A stretch of DNA of 64,000 bases, taken from positions 2,208,001 through 2,272,000 of the forward strand of contig OY970393.1 of assembly GCA_963720465.1 (NCBI GenBank), written 5' to 3'. This DNA comes from Methanobacteriota archaeon. GTDB lineage: Archaea; Halobacteriota; Bog-38; Methanoflorentales; Methanoflorentaceae. Positions 41,775-51,529 of the stretch are shown here, piece by piece; position 1 is the stretch's first letter; each line of letters begins with the position of its first letter. Both the position numbers and the translations under genes were made by a program. A model generated the notes under the pieces. The model saw nothing but the letters and a program-made list of their open reading frames with translations, had not been told where the DNA came from and did not search any database.

Positions 41775-42380
41775 CTACAGGAAAATGAATAAGATGATGT
41801 AAACAGCGGCCACAAAAGGCACGATCGCTATCGCCACGTATTGCAGGACGCCCCAGTTCAGTATTTTCCTTCCATCGAGGGGCCCTATCGGGAGCAGGTT
41901 GAAGGCGGATAGCCATATGTTGATTACAAAGCCGTATACTCCAACGTAGCTAAGCAAGCCCCCTAGGGGCGCCAGCAGGTACAGGAGTAGGTACAGCCCG
42001 CCTAACGCCAGATTAAGAAGCGGCCCGGCGGCTGATATGATCCCATTCTGCCGCTTGGTGATATTTGGACCGTAAATCATGGTCGCTCCAGGAGCTGCGA
42101 ACACGATGTGGACCACATAGGCAAACAGTATAGAAAGCCCTAGGGTGACATAGTTCGCTCTGAATTCAGACCAGAATCCAAAACGCTGGGCCGTGAACTT
42201 GTGCAAGAGCTCGTGCAAGACAAAACTTGAGCCTACGACCAGAAGCGGCAGCACGAGCGTGAGCTCAAATGATGCGTTCGGCAAAACTGCGCCAAATACA
42301 AGATAGAAGGCGAATGAAACGCCCAACCACGCTACGAAGAGATCAACGAGTTCTTTGCGGCTTGTTGAATGCTGCATCAT
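41775..42380 (-). CDS. Site-2/M50-like membrane zinc metalloprotease
   Basis: LHELLH, AAPGA, FNLLPIGPLDG. Confidence 0.9.
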   Translation of the reverse strand: MMQHSTSRKELVDLFVAWLGVSFAFYLVFGAVLPNASFELTLVLPLLVVGSSFVLHELLHKFTAQRFGFWSEFRANYVTLGLSILFAYVVHIVFAAPGATMIYGPNITKRQNGIISAAGPLLNLALGGLYLLLYLLAPLGGLLSYVGVYGFVINIWLSAFNLLPIGPLDGRKILNWGVLQYVAIAIVPFVAAVYIILFIFL

Positions 42381-42398
42381 GTGCCCTAAGCAAACCCC

Positions 42399-43130
42399 CT
42401 ATAACGTGCGAGAGCGCAGCGTCACGCGTCTTTTTGGGACAACGTTAAGCTCTTCAAGCGGCGGAATAAGCTCCGGATGATCAAGATAGCGCTTAATCCC
42501 CTCTTTGTGGCCGGCGCCGACGACAGCGACGATTTTTCCGCGTAGCGTTAGTAAATTTCCCGCTAGATACGCGTCCCGTTCGTCAACAAGCACGCGTGCA
42601 GCGTTTGGCGAGAACTGCCGCAATTCACTGACCAGCTGTGAAATAGTGTCATCGTTTGTGATGTCTTCGAGGTCGATTTCCTCGTCGCTCGTGGTAATCC
42701 CGAGAAGCGCGACAAGCATCTTTAGCTTCTCAATGGGACGCATCGTTGCCCAGAATCGAGCCATGGTCACATTGATATCTCGGTCGACGAGTGCTATGCT
42801 CGCTCCGACGCTCCCTGCCACTTCGATGGCGGAAAGCATCTCGCTTCCGGGCTTTACTCCGACTTCTGAGCCGAGCTTATTCTGCACGCGCGCCAGCAGC
42901 CAGTGAACTAAGAATTGATACAACCTGCCGCTTGAGAGGATATCTTTGATTGAAGCACTTTGCTGTTCGGGGTGCGTCAATCCTTGGTACCGACCGATGT
43001 CTAGCTCTACCGCCACGACATCAGGTCTTTCGGCTTCGATAGTGCGCCGCACCTCTTTAATGCTCTCTTCGGAGATGTGTGCAGTTCCGACAACGATGAT
43101 CTCCGCCGGTTGATCGTGGTTCTCGTGCAT
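42399..43130 (-). CDS. TraB/GumN family protein
   Basis: VGTAHIS, AVELD, DERD, VVGAGH. Confidence 0.9.
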   Translation of the reverse strand: MHENHDQPAEIIVVGTAHISEESIKEVRRTIEAERPDVVAVELDIGRYQGLTHPEQQSASIKDILSSGRLYQFLVHWLLARVQNKLGSEVGVKPGSEMLSAIEVAGSVGASIALVDRDINVTMARFWATMRPIEKLKMLVALLGITTSDEEIDLEDITNDDTISQLVSELRQFSPNAARVLVDERDAYLAGNLLTLRGKIVAVVGAGHKEGIKRYLDHPELIPPLEELNVVPKRRVTLRSRTL

Positions 43131-43135
43131 TGCGC

Positions 43136-44245
43136 CTATGCTTTGATCAAAGTGCCGTCAGGGCCGACGATCTGTTCTCGCGCCTCCCCCAGAAGGGTCA
43201 TCGCGCTCGTGACGTCTTTCTGTGTGACGATCCCGACCACACTGCCCCCCCGAACAACTGGAATCGACTCCAGCCGCCGTTGGGCGAGCCTGACGAATAC
43301 CTCAGAGGCCTCGTCATCGGGCGTTACGGGCTCAACGTTGCGCATCATCACGTTGCCTACCATGATGTCATCTCGACGGTTCGGAGGCACCTGATGCACG
43401 TTAGTGAACGTAATTAGGCCTACGAGATTACCGCCGTCAACGACCGGATAGGTTGTGTGTTTGCTTTGAAACATCACCTCAATCAGTTGAGTGATCGTCA
43501 TCGATGGAGGCACGGTCGCTACGTCAGCCGTCATGATGTCGCGCACCTTAATGCCTGACAGCGTCTGTGTAATCGTGGTTTGCCGCTCTTCATCAGACGC
43601 GGCGATGTAGATGAAAAAAGCTATGATGATCAAAATTGGACTGACGAATAGTCCGACTATACCCATCACAATTGCAAAGATCTTGCCGACTTGGACGGCG
43701 GTATGCGTCGCCTTTAAGTAGGGCTCCCGACTGGCAAGCCATGCCCGGAACACGCGTCCGCCATCCATAGGAAACGCTGGAAGAATATTGAACCCGCCGA
43801 GAACAAGGTTGATATACGCAAAGTTCTCCAAAAACAGATTTGGCACGGTTGCGGTCACCGCCAAGCTCAATGCGAAAAAGATCGCGCCGAGGGCCAGGCT
43901 GACCAGTGGCCCGATTAGCGCTGTTCTCAACTCGAGTTTCGGATCTGTCGGGATTTCGATTGCGGAAACCCCTCCGATGAGGTAAAGCGTTATGCTTTTC
44001 ACTTCGATTCCGTAGCGCAAGGCCAGAAGAGAGTGCCCTAGTTCGTGGAGCAGCACGAAAACAAAGATCATAATGCCCGCTATTGTCCCGTAAACGTAGT
44101 CGTAGGGATAGGGAACGGTTGCAAACCCTATAGGCGGGGGGGAGATGGCAAACGCGAAGGCGAAGAGGGGAATAATCAAAATGAGCGTAATATTGACTAG
44201 AATCGGGATTCCGCGAACGGTAGCGATTCGAAAAGACCAGGCCAT
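43136..44245 (-). CDS. M50 site-2 protease with CBS pair
   Basis: LHELGH, FNILPAFPMDGGR, two CBS domains. Confidence 0.93.
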   Translation of the reverse strand: MAWSFRIATVRGIPILVNITLILIIPLFAFAFAISPPPIGFATVPYPYDYVYGTIAGIMIFVFVLLHELGHSLLALRYGIEVKSITLYLIGGVSAIEIPTDPKLELRTALIGPLVSLALGAIFFALSLAVTATVPNLFLENFAYINLVLGGFNILPAFPMDGGRVFRAWLASREPYLKATHTAVQVGKIFAIVMGIVGLFVSPILIIIAFFIYIAASDEERQTTITQTLSGIKVRDIMTADVATVPPSMTITQLIEVMFQSKHTTYPVVDGGNLVGLITFTNVHQVPPNRRDDIMVGNVMMRNVEPVTPDDEASEVFVRLAQRRLESIPVVRGGSVVGIVTQKDVTSAMTLLGEAREQIVGPDGTLIKA

Positions 44246-44341
44246 ATAATCCTGATCAAGCCTTTATTTGGCAAACTATATATTACTTTAGTCGATAGTG
44301 TATGGCGGAGTTTGTGCACGAAATCCAAAAGGGAGGTTGAA

Positions 44342-44611
44342 ATGCGAATCGAGCTGACACAAATCATGGACCTCAACGTGTATACTGATCGGGGGGATTA
44401 CATAGGGAAAGTTGAGGATATCAAGATCGACACGAACGATAAGAGGGTAACGGGCCTCGTTATAGGCGACATTAACCATAATATCTTCGATATAAAGTAC
44501 CGATTCGTAGTGATACCCTACCGGTTTGCCAAATCGATAGCAGACATAATTCTCGTCAGTAGCGTCGTGAAAACGCTCATCGGCCGAGCTAAGCCAAAAG
44601 AAGAAGCTTAA
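44342..44611 (+). CDS. PRC-barrel domain protein
   Basis: VYTDRGDYIGKVEDIKID...IPY...IADIILV. Confidence 0.88.
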   Translation: MRIELTQIMDLNVYTDRGDYIGKVEDIKIDTNDKRVTGLVIGDINHNIFDIKYRFVVIPYRFAKSIADIILVSSVVKTLIGRAKPKEEA

Positions 44612-45351
44612 TGAAAGAGCGCGAGATCTACGCAGGCTTGCGCACAGTCGTCCCTTTTTTCGTGCGTGTTGACGGACGCAATTTCCGGCACGCGCTTTCG
44701 CTGCTCAAGTGCGAACAACCGTACGATCTCGCCTTTGCAGAGTCCATGGGCGCCGCATCGGAAGCGCTCATGCGACGTAGTGGACTGTCCGTGCAACTCG
44801 TTTTCGCATTCTCTGACGAAGCAAACGCCCTCTTTTTGGAAGCTCCATTTGACGGCAGGGTCGAGAAGCTTGACTCCGTCGTCGCCAGCTTCTTCGCCAG
44901 CGCTCTGACACTTAACCTCTCGTCAGACGTCCCTTTAGCGTTTGATGCGCGCGTCATTCCGGTGAGCACAATGGATATCCCGATCTACCTCGAATCGAGG
45001 CAAAATGAAGCGTGGCGAAATCACGTGCACGCGTACGGCTACTATTACTTGCGACAAAGTGGTCAAACAGGACGAGAAGCTCACGCAGCATTGCTTGGGA
45101 TGAGCTCGAGCGAGATGCACGAGCTCATGTTCAGCCACGGGGTCAATCTGGCGAAGACCCCTGCGTGGCAGAGGAGGGGGATACTCGTCCATAAGCAAGG
45201 CTATGAGAAGAAGGGCTTTGATCCGATGTCCGCTCGCCCGATCACTACACGCCGATCAAAAGTTGTGCAAAACTGGGACCTTCCCATTTTTAAATCGCCT
45301 CAGGGGCGCGAGATGCTCCTCGGGCTCATAGGCTCTACCATAAATAAATAG
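44611..45351 (+). CDS. thg1: tRNA(His) guanylyltransferase Thg1-like protein
   Basis: RVDGRNF, FSDE, FDAR, RQNEAWRN, WQRRG. Confidence 0.93.
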   Translation: MKEREIYAGLRTVVPFFVRVDGRNFRHALSLLKCEQPYDLAFAESMGAASEALMRRSGLSVQLVFAFSDEANALFLEAPFDGRVEKLDSVVASFFASALTLNLSSDVPLAFDARVIPVSTMDIPIYLESRQNEAWRNHVHAYGYYYLRQSGQTGREAHAALLGMSSSEMHELMFSHGVNLAKTPAWQRRGILVHKQGYEKKGFDPMSARPITTRRSKVVQNWDLPIFKSPQGREMLLGLIGSTINK

Positions 45352-45480
45352 CAAGAATTATATATTAATATCCAGCGAAAATGGCTTTTTAGCATCACAT
45401 TCAAAGCGATAAACGTGCCTGTTAAACAGCGGGAAGAAATCGGTAACAGCGCGAGTACGGGGTAAGGAAGGGAACGCGTC

Positions 45481-46920
45481 GTGGCTTTAGGTCTTTTAGG
45501 AGCGAAACCGAAGGTAGCAAAGAACGAACAGGTGTCCCTGCTTGACATCAAGAAGGGGCCGTACTACGTTGTGGCGTCGGTAGAAGTGGGAAACACGACA
45601 ACGAAGTGCATTCTTACCGCGACGAACATGCTTGAGGGCAAGGCCTACGTCGTCAACAAGGTCGTCAACATGACGCGCGACGTGCGCGACCCAAAACCAG
45701 GCGAAGAAATCTTTGGCAGGACCCTGACCTACAAGCCGCTTACACGAAACAGCATTGCTGAAATGGTGAAGCGTACTCTCATTCAGTCAGTTCGAAACGC
45801 AAATCTCGACCTTGCCGATGACCTCCACTTTGTCGTGCGCTCCACGGGCGTGGTCGCTGGCTTTGATCAGCCCGAGGATATAGGTGAGTTCATAAAGGCA
45901 CTTGCAGATGGCTGCTTAATGGCGGGAGTTACGGCTCGGAAAATGACGCCTGCGATGAGCATTCATCAACTTCCAAAGAAGTTTCGCGAATACAGTCTTC
46001 TCGACAAAGTCGCTTTTGATGGTTCGGTAAGCGGCGTGCTCCCTCCGATTGGCTCAACAGGTGTTGAAGTTGTCGCAAATGAAATGGAGGGCGAGCTGGC
46101 GACGGCAGGAATCAAGGAAGGCGCGAAATGGGCAAACGTCGATTTCAGAAATCCGTGCCTTTCTATGGATTTCGGGACGACCTTCAAAGGGCGCATCACC
46201 AACGACGTTCTCCCCTATGCAAACACGATCGCGAACTTCTGTGGGATCTCAGGGGAAATCGTCGATTCCGTCGGCCGCGGCACCGGGCTGGTAGACGAAA
46301 CGAGTGGCACAACATTTGACCTGCCAAAGCCGAGCCGGCTGAGGGTCAGCGTTGCGAGAGAACGGGACGTTAGAGCTCTAGCAAACGAGATCCACGAACA
46401 TATTCGAATCGAGGAAGTCCCAAAAACGTCCAAGCGCTTTGGCAGCGTTCCAGTGAATCCTCACGCAGCGGCGCAAATCGGGTTGACCCTCATCGGCGTC
46501 GATTCCGGTGAGAATGGCAGTGATCTTCACCGTATTTCGAAAGTCGGTGGCGAAATCTACGAAGATTATGGGCTCGGAATGCTATACAGCGTCATTGACT
46601 GGGTATCGACGGGCATAGCCGAACGGACCATCAATACAGCATTTACCAAAGGTCTGATCAACGACAAGGTGAGCATCGGGATAACCGGGCGCGCAGGCAT
46701 AACCGGAAACAAGCCAAATCATATCTTAAAAGTTATCAGAGAGATGGGCCTCTACGGCAAGCCCGAAGAGTATGTCGTGTTTGTGGACGATGGGCTGGCG
46801 CGGGGAGCGGCTATCATGGCACGATGTATGAATTCGCTTGGCACGCCCAAGAATCCGTTTGGGGGGCTTAGAGGTGGGAAGTGCATATTGGGCCAGCGAA
46901 TGAGGCTGCAGACCTACTGA
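45481..46920 (+). CDS. Methanogenesis marker 14 protein (DUF2114)
   Basis: VASVEVGNTTTKCIL, MTRDVR, NEMEGEL, DFGTT, DDGLARGAA.MARCM. Confidence 0.88.
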   Translation: MALGLLGAKPKVAKNEQVSLLDIKKGPYYVVASVEVGNTTTKCILTATNMLEGKAYVVNKVVNMTRDVRDPKPGEEIFGRTLTYKPLTRNSIAEMVKRTLIQSVRNANLDLADDLHFVVRSTGVVAGFDQPEDIGEFIKALADGCLMAGVTARKMTPAMSIHQLPKKFREYSLLDKVAFDGSVSGVLPPIGSTGVEVVANEMEGELATAGIKEGAKWANVDFRNPCLSMDFGTTFKGRITNDVLPYANTIANFCGISGEIVDSVGRGTGLVDETSGTTFDLPKPSRLRVSVARERDVRALANEIHEHIRIEEVPKTSKRFGSVPVNPHAAAQIGLTLIGVDSGENGSDLHRISKVGGEIYEDYGLGMLYSVIDWVSTGIAERTINTAFTKGLINDKVSIGITGRAGITGNKPNHILKVIREMGLYGKPEEYVVFVDDGLARGAAIMARCMNSLGTPKNPFGGLRGGKCILGQRMRLQTY

Positions 46921-47253
46921 AAGGTCGTCGTGCTGCGGTTTTTTTTGGCGGAGATTGCGACGCTCGTATCATCTTTGCGAGAGCTCTGAGCGGTTTTTGT
47001 AACTGCATCGTCTTGGAAATCAGCTAGAATGTTGAAAGCTGTGCGTGGAAAAAGGATTCTAAAATAGCCCGCAGCACAGCGTGACACGGGCGCCGGCCCC
47101 GTAAAAAAAGCGGAAGGATTATTAAACAAGAGCCACACAAAAAAATATAACTATAATTATAAAGATATTGTTTGCATCGACATGCTGACATAACTGTGCC
47201 ATTCGGACTGAAAACAATTTATAGTCCGCTCGCGGAAAAAAACAACGATCGCA

Positions 47254-48465
47254 ATGTTGAAAAGACACGGACCGACAGAGAGAAAATTACTCATTGGTCT
47301 TTCGGTGGCGCTTATAATTTTGATGTGCTGCTCCGCAACGGGCGTTGCGGCGGCGCAGCCATCAGCGTCTTCGGCCACAACCACGGCTGCGAGCTCGAAA
47401 TACCCGCCGTATCCGGTGAACCTTTACGAGTTTTATCTGTCGACCTGCCCGCATTGCCAGGCGCTCGCGCCGCACATTGCCGCACTGAAAGCCGAATATC
47501 CAACATTGCACGTGTATCAGTACGAAACGTCAAATTCTGCGAATTACAGCCTTTTTCAGACGTTCCAGAGCGCGTACGGAGTGAAGTTTGACACCGTCCC
47601 TAGCGTTTTTGTCGGAACGCAGTTTTGGCAATCGGACCTTGACGCGCCGCAGATTGCAGCAGCTGTTGCGCAAGCCATTCAACACGGAGCGACAGGCAAG
47701 GGTGACACAATAACCGGCAACTCTGTGCCAATGCCGAAACCAGGGACCCAGGATTCGACTACCGCTGGGACATTAGTGAATACGCCGCCTCTGCCACTGC
47801 CGCTTTTCATCACGACCGGCATCATAAGCGGCATGAATCCGTGCGTCTTTTCGGTCCTCATATTTTTGATGGGGACGATCGCTCTCACAGGTTCGCGTGC
47901 GCGAGCCCTTGCCATTGGCGTGACTTACATCGCGACGGTGTTCATCGTCTTCTTCCTTTCGGCACTTGCTATTGTGCAGTTCGTTCAAGTCATAGGCCTA
48001 CAGAACTTAGACCTGACTAAGACCGTGATTGGCATTTTCCTCCTCGTCGTTGGTATCGTATCGATCAAGGATTTCTTTTGGTACAACCGCTGGTTCAGTT
48101 TTAAGATCCCAACCTTCACGAAACACAGCATCAGCACTCTCGGGAACACCGGGTCTTTTCTTGCTATTATAGGGCTCGGCATCATCGCGACGATTGCCGC
48201 TTTGCCGTGCACGCTCGGTCCGTTTACCTTCTTCTCCACCACCTATTTGACCAGCATGGCCGCGATGCAATACAACCTCTACGTTGCCCTCTTCGCATTA
48301 GCATTCATCATACCGATGATCATCGTTTTTGTTGCCATATACGCCGTCAAGGTGGGAACGGACAGGGCAGAAGCATGGAGAATGCAATCAGCGCGCTATA
48401 TGAGGCTAGTGGCCGGGGTCCTAATGGTCACGTTTGGTCTCCTGCTCGTGCTCAAAGTGTTCTAA
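47254..48465 (+). CDS. Secreted thioredoxin-fold domain fused to a CcdA/DsbD-like membrane domain
   Basis: Signal peptide, CPHC, then TM region with NPC and LPC motifs. Confidence 0.8.
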   Translation: MLKRHGPTERKLLIGLSVALIILMCCSATGVAAAQPSASSATTTAASSKYPPYPVNLYEFYLSTCPHCQALAPHIAALKAEYPTLHVYQYETSNSANYSLFQTFQSAYGVKFDTVPSVFVGTQFWQSDLDAPQIAAAVAQAIQHGATGKGDTITGNSVPMPKPGTQDSTTAGTLVNTPPLPLPLFITTGIISGMNPCVFSVLIFLMGTIALTGSRARALAIGVTYIATVFIVFFLSALAIVQFVQVIGLQNLDLTKTVIGIFLLVVGIVSIKDFFWYNRWFSFKIPTFTKHSISTLGNTGSFLAIIGLGIIATIAALPCTLGPFTFFSTTYLTSMAAMQYNLYVALFALAFIIPMIIVFVAIYAVKVGTDRAEAWRMQSARYMRLVAGVLMVTFGLLLVLKVF

Positions 48466-48655
48466 GGCAGGCTAGTCTTTCGGTAGCGCAGCCTCGCGAG
48501 GCGCTTCTCAAGCCGTCCTGCTGACAGCTGCGTGGTTTTTTTAGCATAGTCGAGTTAAGCCGGACTATTGCGCGCGGCGACTATAGTTATGTTAAAGGCC
48601 GTGAGCAAACTCACGTCGACAAGGAAACGACAAGACCAAGTATCTTGTCTGCTTT

Positions 48656-49234
48656 ATGGCATCACGTCGTGATTCGATGCATCACACATATCGAGACGAA
48701 GCCGAAAGGCGAACGTGGCAGAACCCTGAAATGATTCTTGCGGAAGTTGGGGTCACGGTCGGCGATGTGTTTATAGATTTGGCCTGCGGTTTTGGGTTTT
48801 TTGCGATTCCCGCAGCAAAAATAGTTGGCCCGAAAGGTGTCGTTTGCGGCGTTGACATTGACAAAGAAGCTTTGGAAGAACTACGTGAAAAAGCTGCGCT
48901 TGTCGGCCTGCGAAATCTGCGGCTAACACTCGCCGCGGCAGAAGATGTCGTTCTGTGCGAGCAGTGCGCTGATAAAGTGTTCGTTGGGATAGCGCTTCAC
49001 GATTTCAAAGATCCGCTCAAGGTTTTGCAGAACGTGAAGAGGGCCCTCAAAACGGGCGGCAGATTGGTAAATCTAGATTGGAAGAAAGAGCAAACGCCTT
49101 TCGGCCCTCCTCTCGAAATACGGTTCAGTGAGAGCGAAGCCGTTTCTCTCATCGAAAGAGCAGGATTTAAAGTCGTCTCAGTAAAAGATTCAGGGCCCTA
49201 TCACTACATGATTTCAGCGAATTTGCTTCAGTAG
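48656..49234 (+). CDS. Class I SAM-dependent methyltransferase
   Basis: DLACGFG, VDID, LHD, LKTGG..DW...GPP. Confidence 0.88.
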   Translation: MASRRDSMHHTYRDEAERRTWQNPEMILAEVGVTVGDVFIDLACGFGFFAIPAAKIVGPKGVVCGVDIDKEALEELREKAALVGLRNLRLTLAAAEDVVLCEQCADKVFVGIALHDFKDPLKVLQNVKRALKTGGRLVNLDWKKEQTPFGPPLEIRFSESEAVSLIERAGFKVVSVKDSGPYHYMISANLLQ

Positions 49235-49353
49235 ACTCGTGCTAGGCTCAAAACAGGCAGGAACACTTACTTTCTTCGCCAATTTTGATAATGTTATATC
49301 CTCTCGAACCCATTTATTAAGAAGAACGTCTAGATCAGCAAAGGAGTCTGGTT

Positions 49354-49581
49354 TTGCCGACTTATCCAGTCTCTATGTGTTTGGTCTGCAAGCATTATCG
49401 AAAAGCGCAGCGATGTGAAGTTTTTCCGGCACGAATACCTCAGGCCATTCTTACTGGCAGATTTGATCACAGAAAACGACACGACGGAGACCGTGGAATT
49501 AGATTTCAGCCAAGAGATGATGTCAGCCAAGTAGAGTTAGAAAGCATTTTAAGCATATTCGACAAAAAAACCGCTTTTTGA
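49354..49581 (+). CDS. Small Cys/His hypothetical protein, possibly of mobile-element origin
   Basis: CLVCKH...C.VFP..IP..IL.G.FDH....GD.GIRF pattern recalled from phage-associated small proteins. Confidence 0.6.
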   Translation: MPTYPVSMCLVCKHYRKAQRCEVFPARIPQAILTGRFDHRKRHDGDRGIRFQPRDDVSQVELESILSIFDKKTAF

Positions 49582-50300
49582 GCGCGGTTTTAACTTTAAA
49601 TCTGCAAGTGACGCCAGTGCGCGTGTAACAGTTTAGAGTTCTGCGAAATTGCCTAAACTCTCACTTTTGCCTGATTCAGGCGTGAAAATTGCCTAATTGT
49701 TCCGAGAAAAACGAGGGTCTTAGAAAATAGTTGCTATGCTTACCAAGCAAGGTTGAAGTTGAAGTGCTTAATTTTGTTACATGTATTCTTAATTAAAGTG
49801 GTTGCTAAAGTATTAATGCTATAATATAGATTCTTATATTATTACAATTTATATATTACTTATATTAATAATCTGAGAATACCATTTATTCGGATTTTTA
49901 CAAAAATTCGTAATATAATATTCAACTCTCATTTTAGCTAAAAAGTCCAAATTCGCGGTTATTAAGGTATCTTTTTTCCAATATAACTCAAAAAATATAG
50001 AAATCGTACGGTCTTGACCAAATAACTATGATTTTTTGGCTCTGCGCTATTTGCTGACGTCATATGAGAACGGAAATCGTAGTGATTAGTAGAAGAGGTC
50101 CTGAGGAAGATATCTCCAATTAGATCTGCATTCTAACACTTAGTTAATCCGTGGTGTTAACAATATGATACCAAAAATAGTCGTGAGAAATTCAATGATA
50201 TCAAAAACCAAAAAATTAGTTAATAGATGAGAGTAATTCTTTGTACCAGGGGTTTTTAGGCCACTAGCTCTCACTTTTATAAAAATAGCTGGAAAAAAAC

Positions 50301-50834
50301 TTAAAATGAAACCTTTCCATACGCTTCCCTCAAATCATCGTCTTTGAATTGAAGGTAGACCTGCGTTATGCTAAGGCTGGAATGCCCTAATAGCAGCTGT
50401 AAACCCGTAGATCCATTCCTGACCGTACTAAATGTATAGTAAAACTATGGCGAAGCGTGGGCGGATGGATCTGAACACCTATCATATTCCCGTATCTCTT
50501 GCTTAAGTTGGAAACTTGTGCTCGACTGATAGGGAAAATAGGTTGATCCTCAGGGGTATTTAGTGCTAAGACATAATCGAAGAGCATTTTGAGAGTTTCT
50601 TGGTCAAGAACTACCCTCCGCTGCCGCCCTCCCTTGGCTTTTCGTGTGTTCACTACGTTATTCTTGAATTCGATATCGTTCGGTGTGACATTGATGACTT
50701 CGCTCACTCGTACTCCGGTTCGCCACATGAACCGCACCAGCATAGTCCCGTTGACTGCACGTTTTGGCAGCATGCAGCATCTCATCGACCTGCTCTTTTT
50801 CAAGATAGTTGGGAATTTTGGTCACATTTGACAA
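50301..50834 (-). pseudogene. Tyrosine recombinase pseudogene, paralog of 50993-51529
   Basis: Colinear with the neighbour; frameshifts near 50742 and 50404; HPHTLR changed to HPPTLR. Confidence 0.88.
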
Positions 50835-50992
50835 AGATATGTTTTGTTTAACCGCAAAAGCGATTCTTAGCCTGATTTGCCGTTTTTTCGATAAATTATA
50901 AAAAAAAGAAGAATTGATTTTAGCGTTATTTATAACACTGTTATAGGTGCTATAACTCTCACTTTTATAAAAAAAGCATTAAGAAAAAATGT

Positions 50993-51529
50993 TTAAAAAG
51001 CTACTTTTTCGTACGCTTCTCGTAGGTCATTATCGTTGAATTGAAGGTAAACCTGCGTAATGCTGAGGCTTGTATGCCCTAGCATGAGCTGTACACGCCT
51101 TAAATCTGTCCCGCCACGAACCATATTAATAGCAAAACTGTGTCGCAGAGTATGTGGATGTATATTAACCCCTGCCATATTTCCGTATTTTTTGACGATG
51201 CTAAATACTCGATTTCTTTGAATAGGAAAAACAGGTTGATCCTCTAGGATATTTAGTGCTAAAACATAGTCCGAAAGCATTTTGAGGGTATCTTGATCAA
51301 GCGGGACTCTCCGCTGCCGCCCTCCCTTAGCCTTTCTGATGTTAACAACACCGTTCTTATATTCAATATCCTTCGGGGTAACGTTTATGACCTCACTTAC
51401 CCGTACGCCGGTACGCCACATAAACCGGAGCAGTAAGTAATCCCGATGATTACAAGTTTTAGCAGCGTTGAGTATCTCATCGACCTGTTCTTTTTCAAGA
51501 TAATCGGGTATTTTAGTCACATGATACAA
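50993..51529 (-). CDS. Minimal tyrosine recombinase (catalytic domain only, 178 aa)
   Basis: TGVRVSE (R), KGG (K), HTLRH (HxxR), LGH, TQVY (Y). Confidence 0.93.
   Translation of the reverse strand: MYHVTKIPDYLEKEQVDEILNAAKTCNHRDYLLLRFMWRTGVRVSEVINVTPKDIEYKNGVVNIRKAKGGRQRRVPLDQDTLKMLSDYVLALNILEDQPVFPIQRNRVFSIVKKYGNMAGVNIHPHTLRHSFAINMVRGGTDLRRVQLMLGHTSLSITQVYLQFNDNDLREAYEKVAF

Noticed and set aside
44611-45351. Pyrrolysine-containing Thg1 as in some Methanosarcina
   Set aside because: The ORF is uninterrupted with no in-frame TAG.
50993-51529. Integron integrase IntI or chromosomal XerA
   Set aside because: At 178 aa it lacks the N-terminal domain and the IntI-specific insertion, and no attC-like long hairpins were seen.
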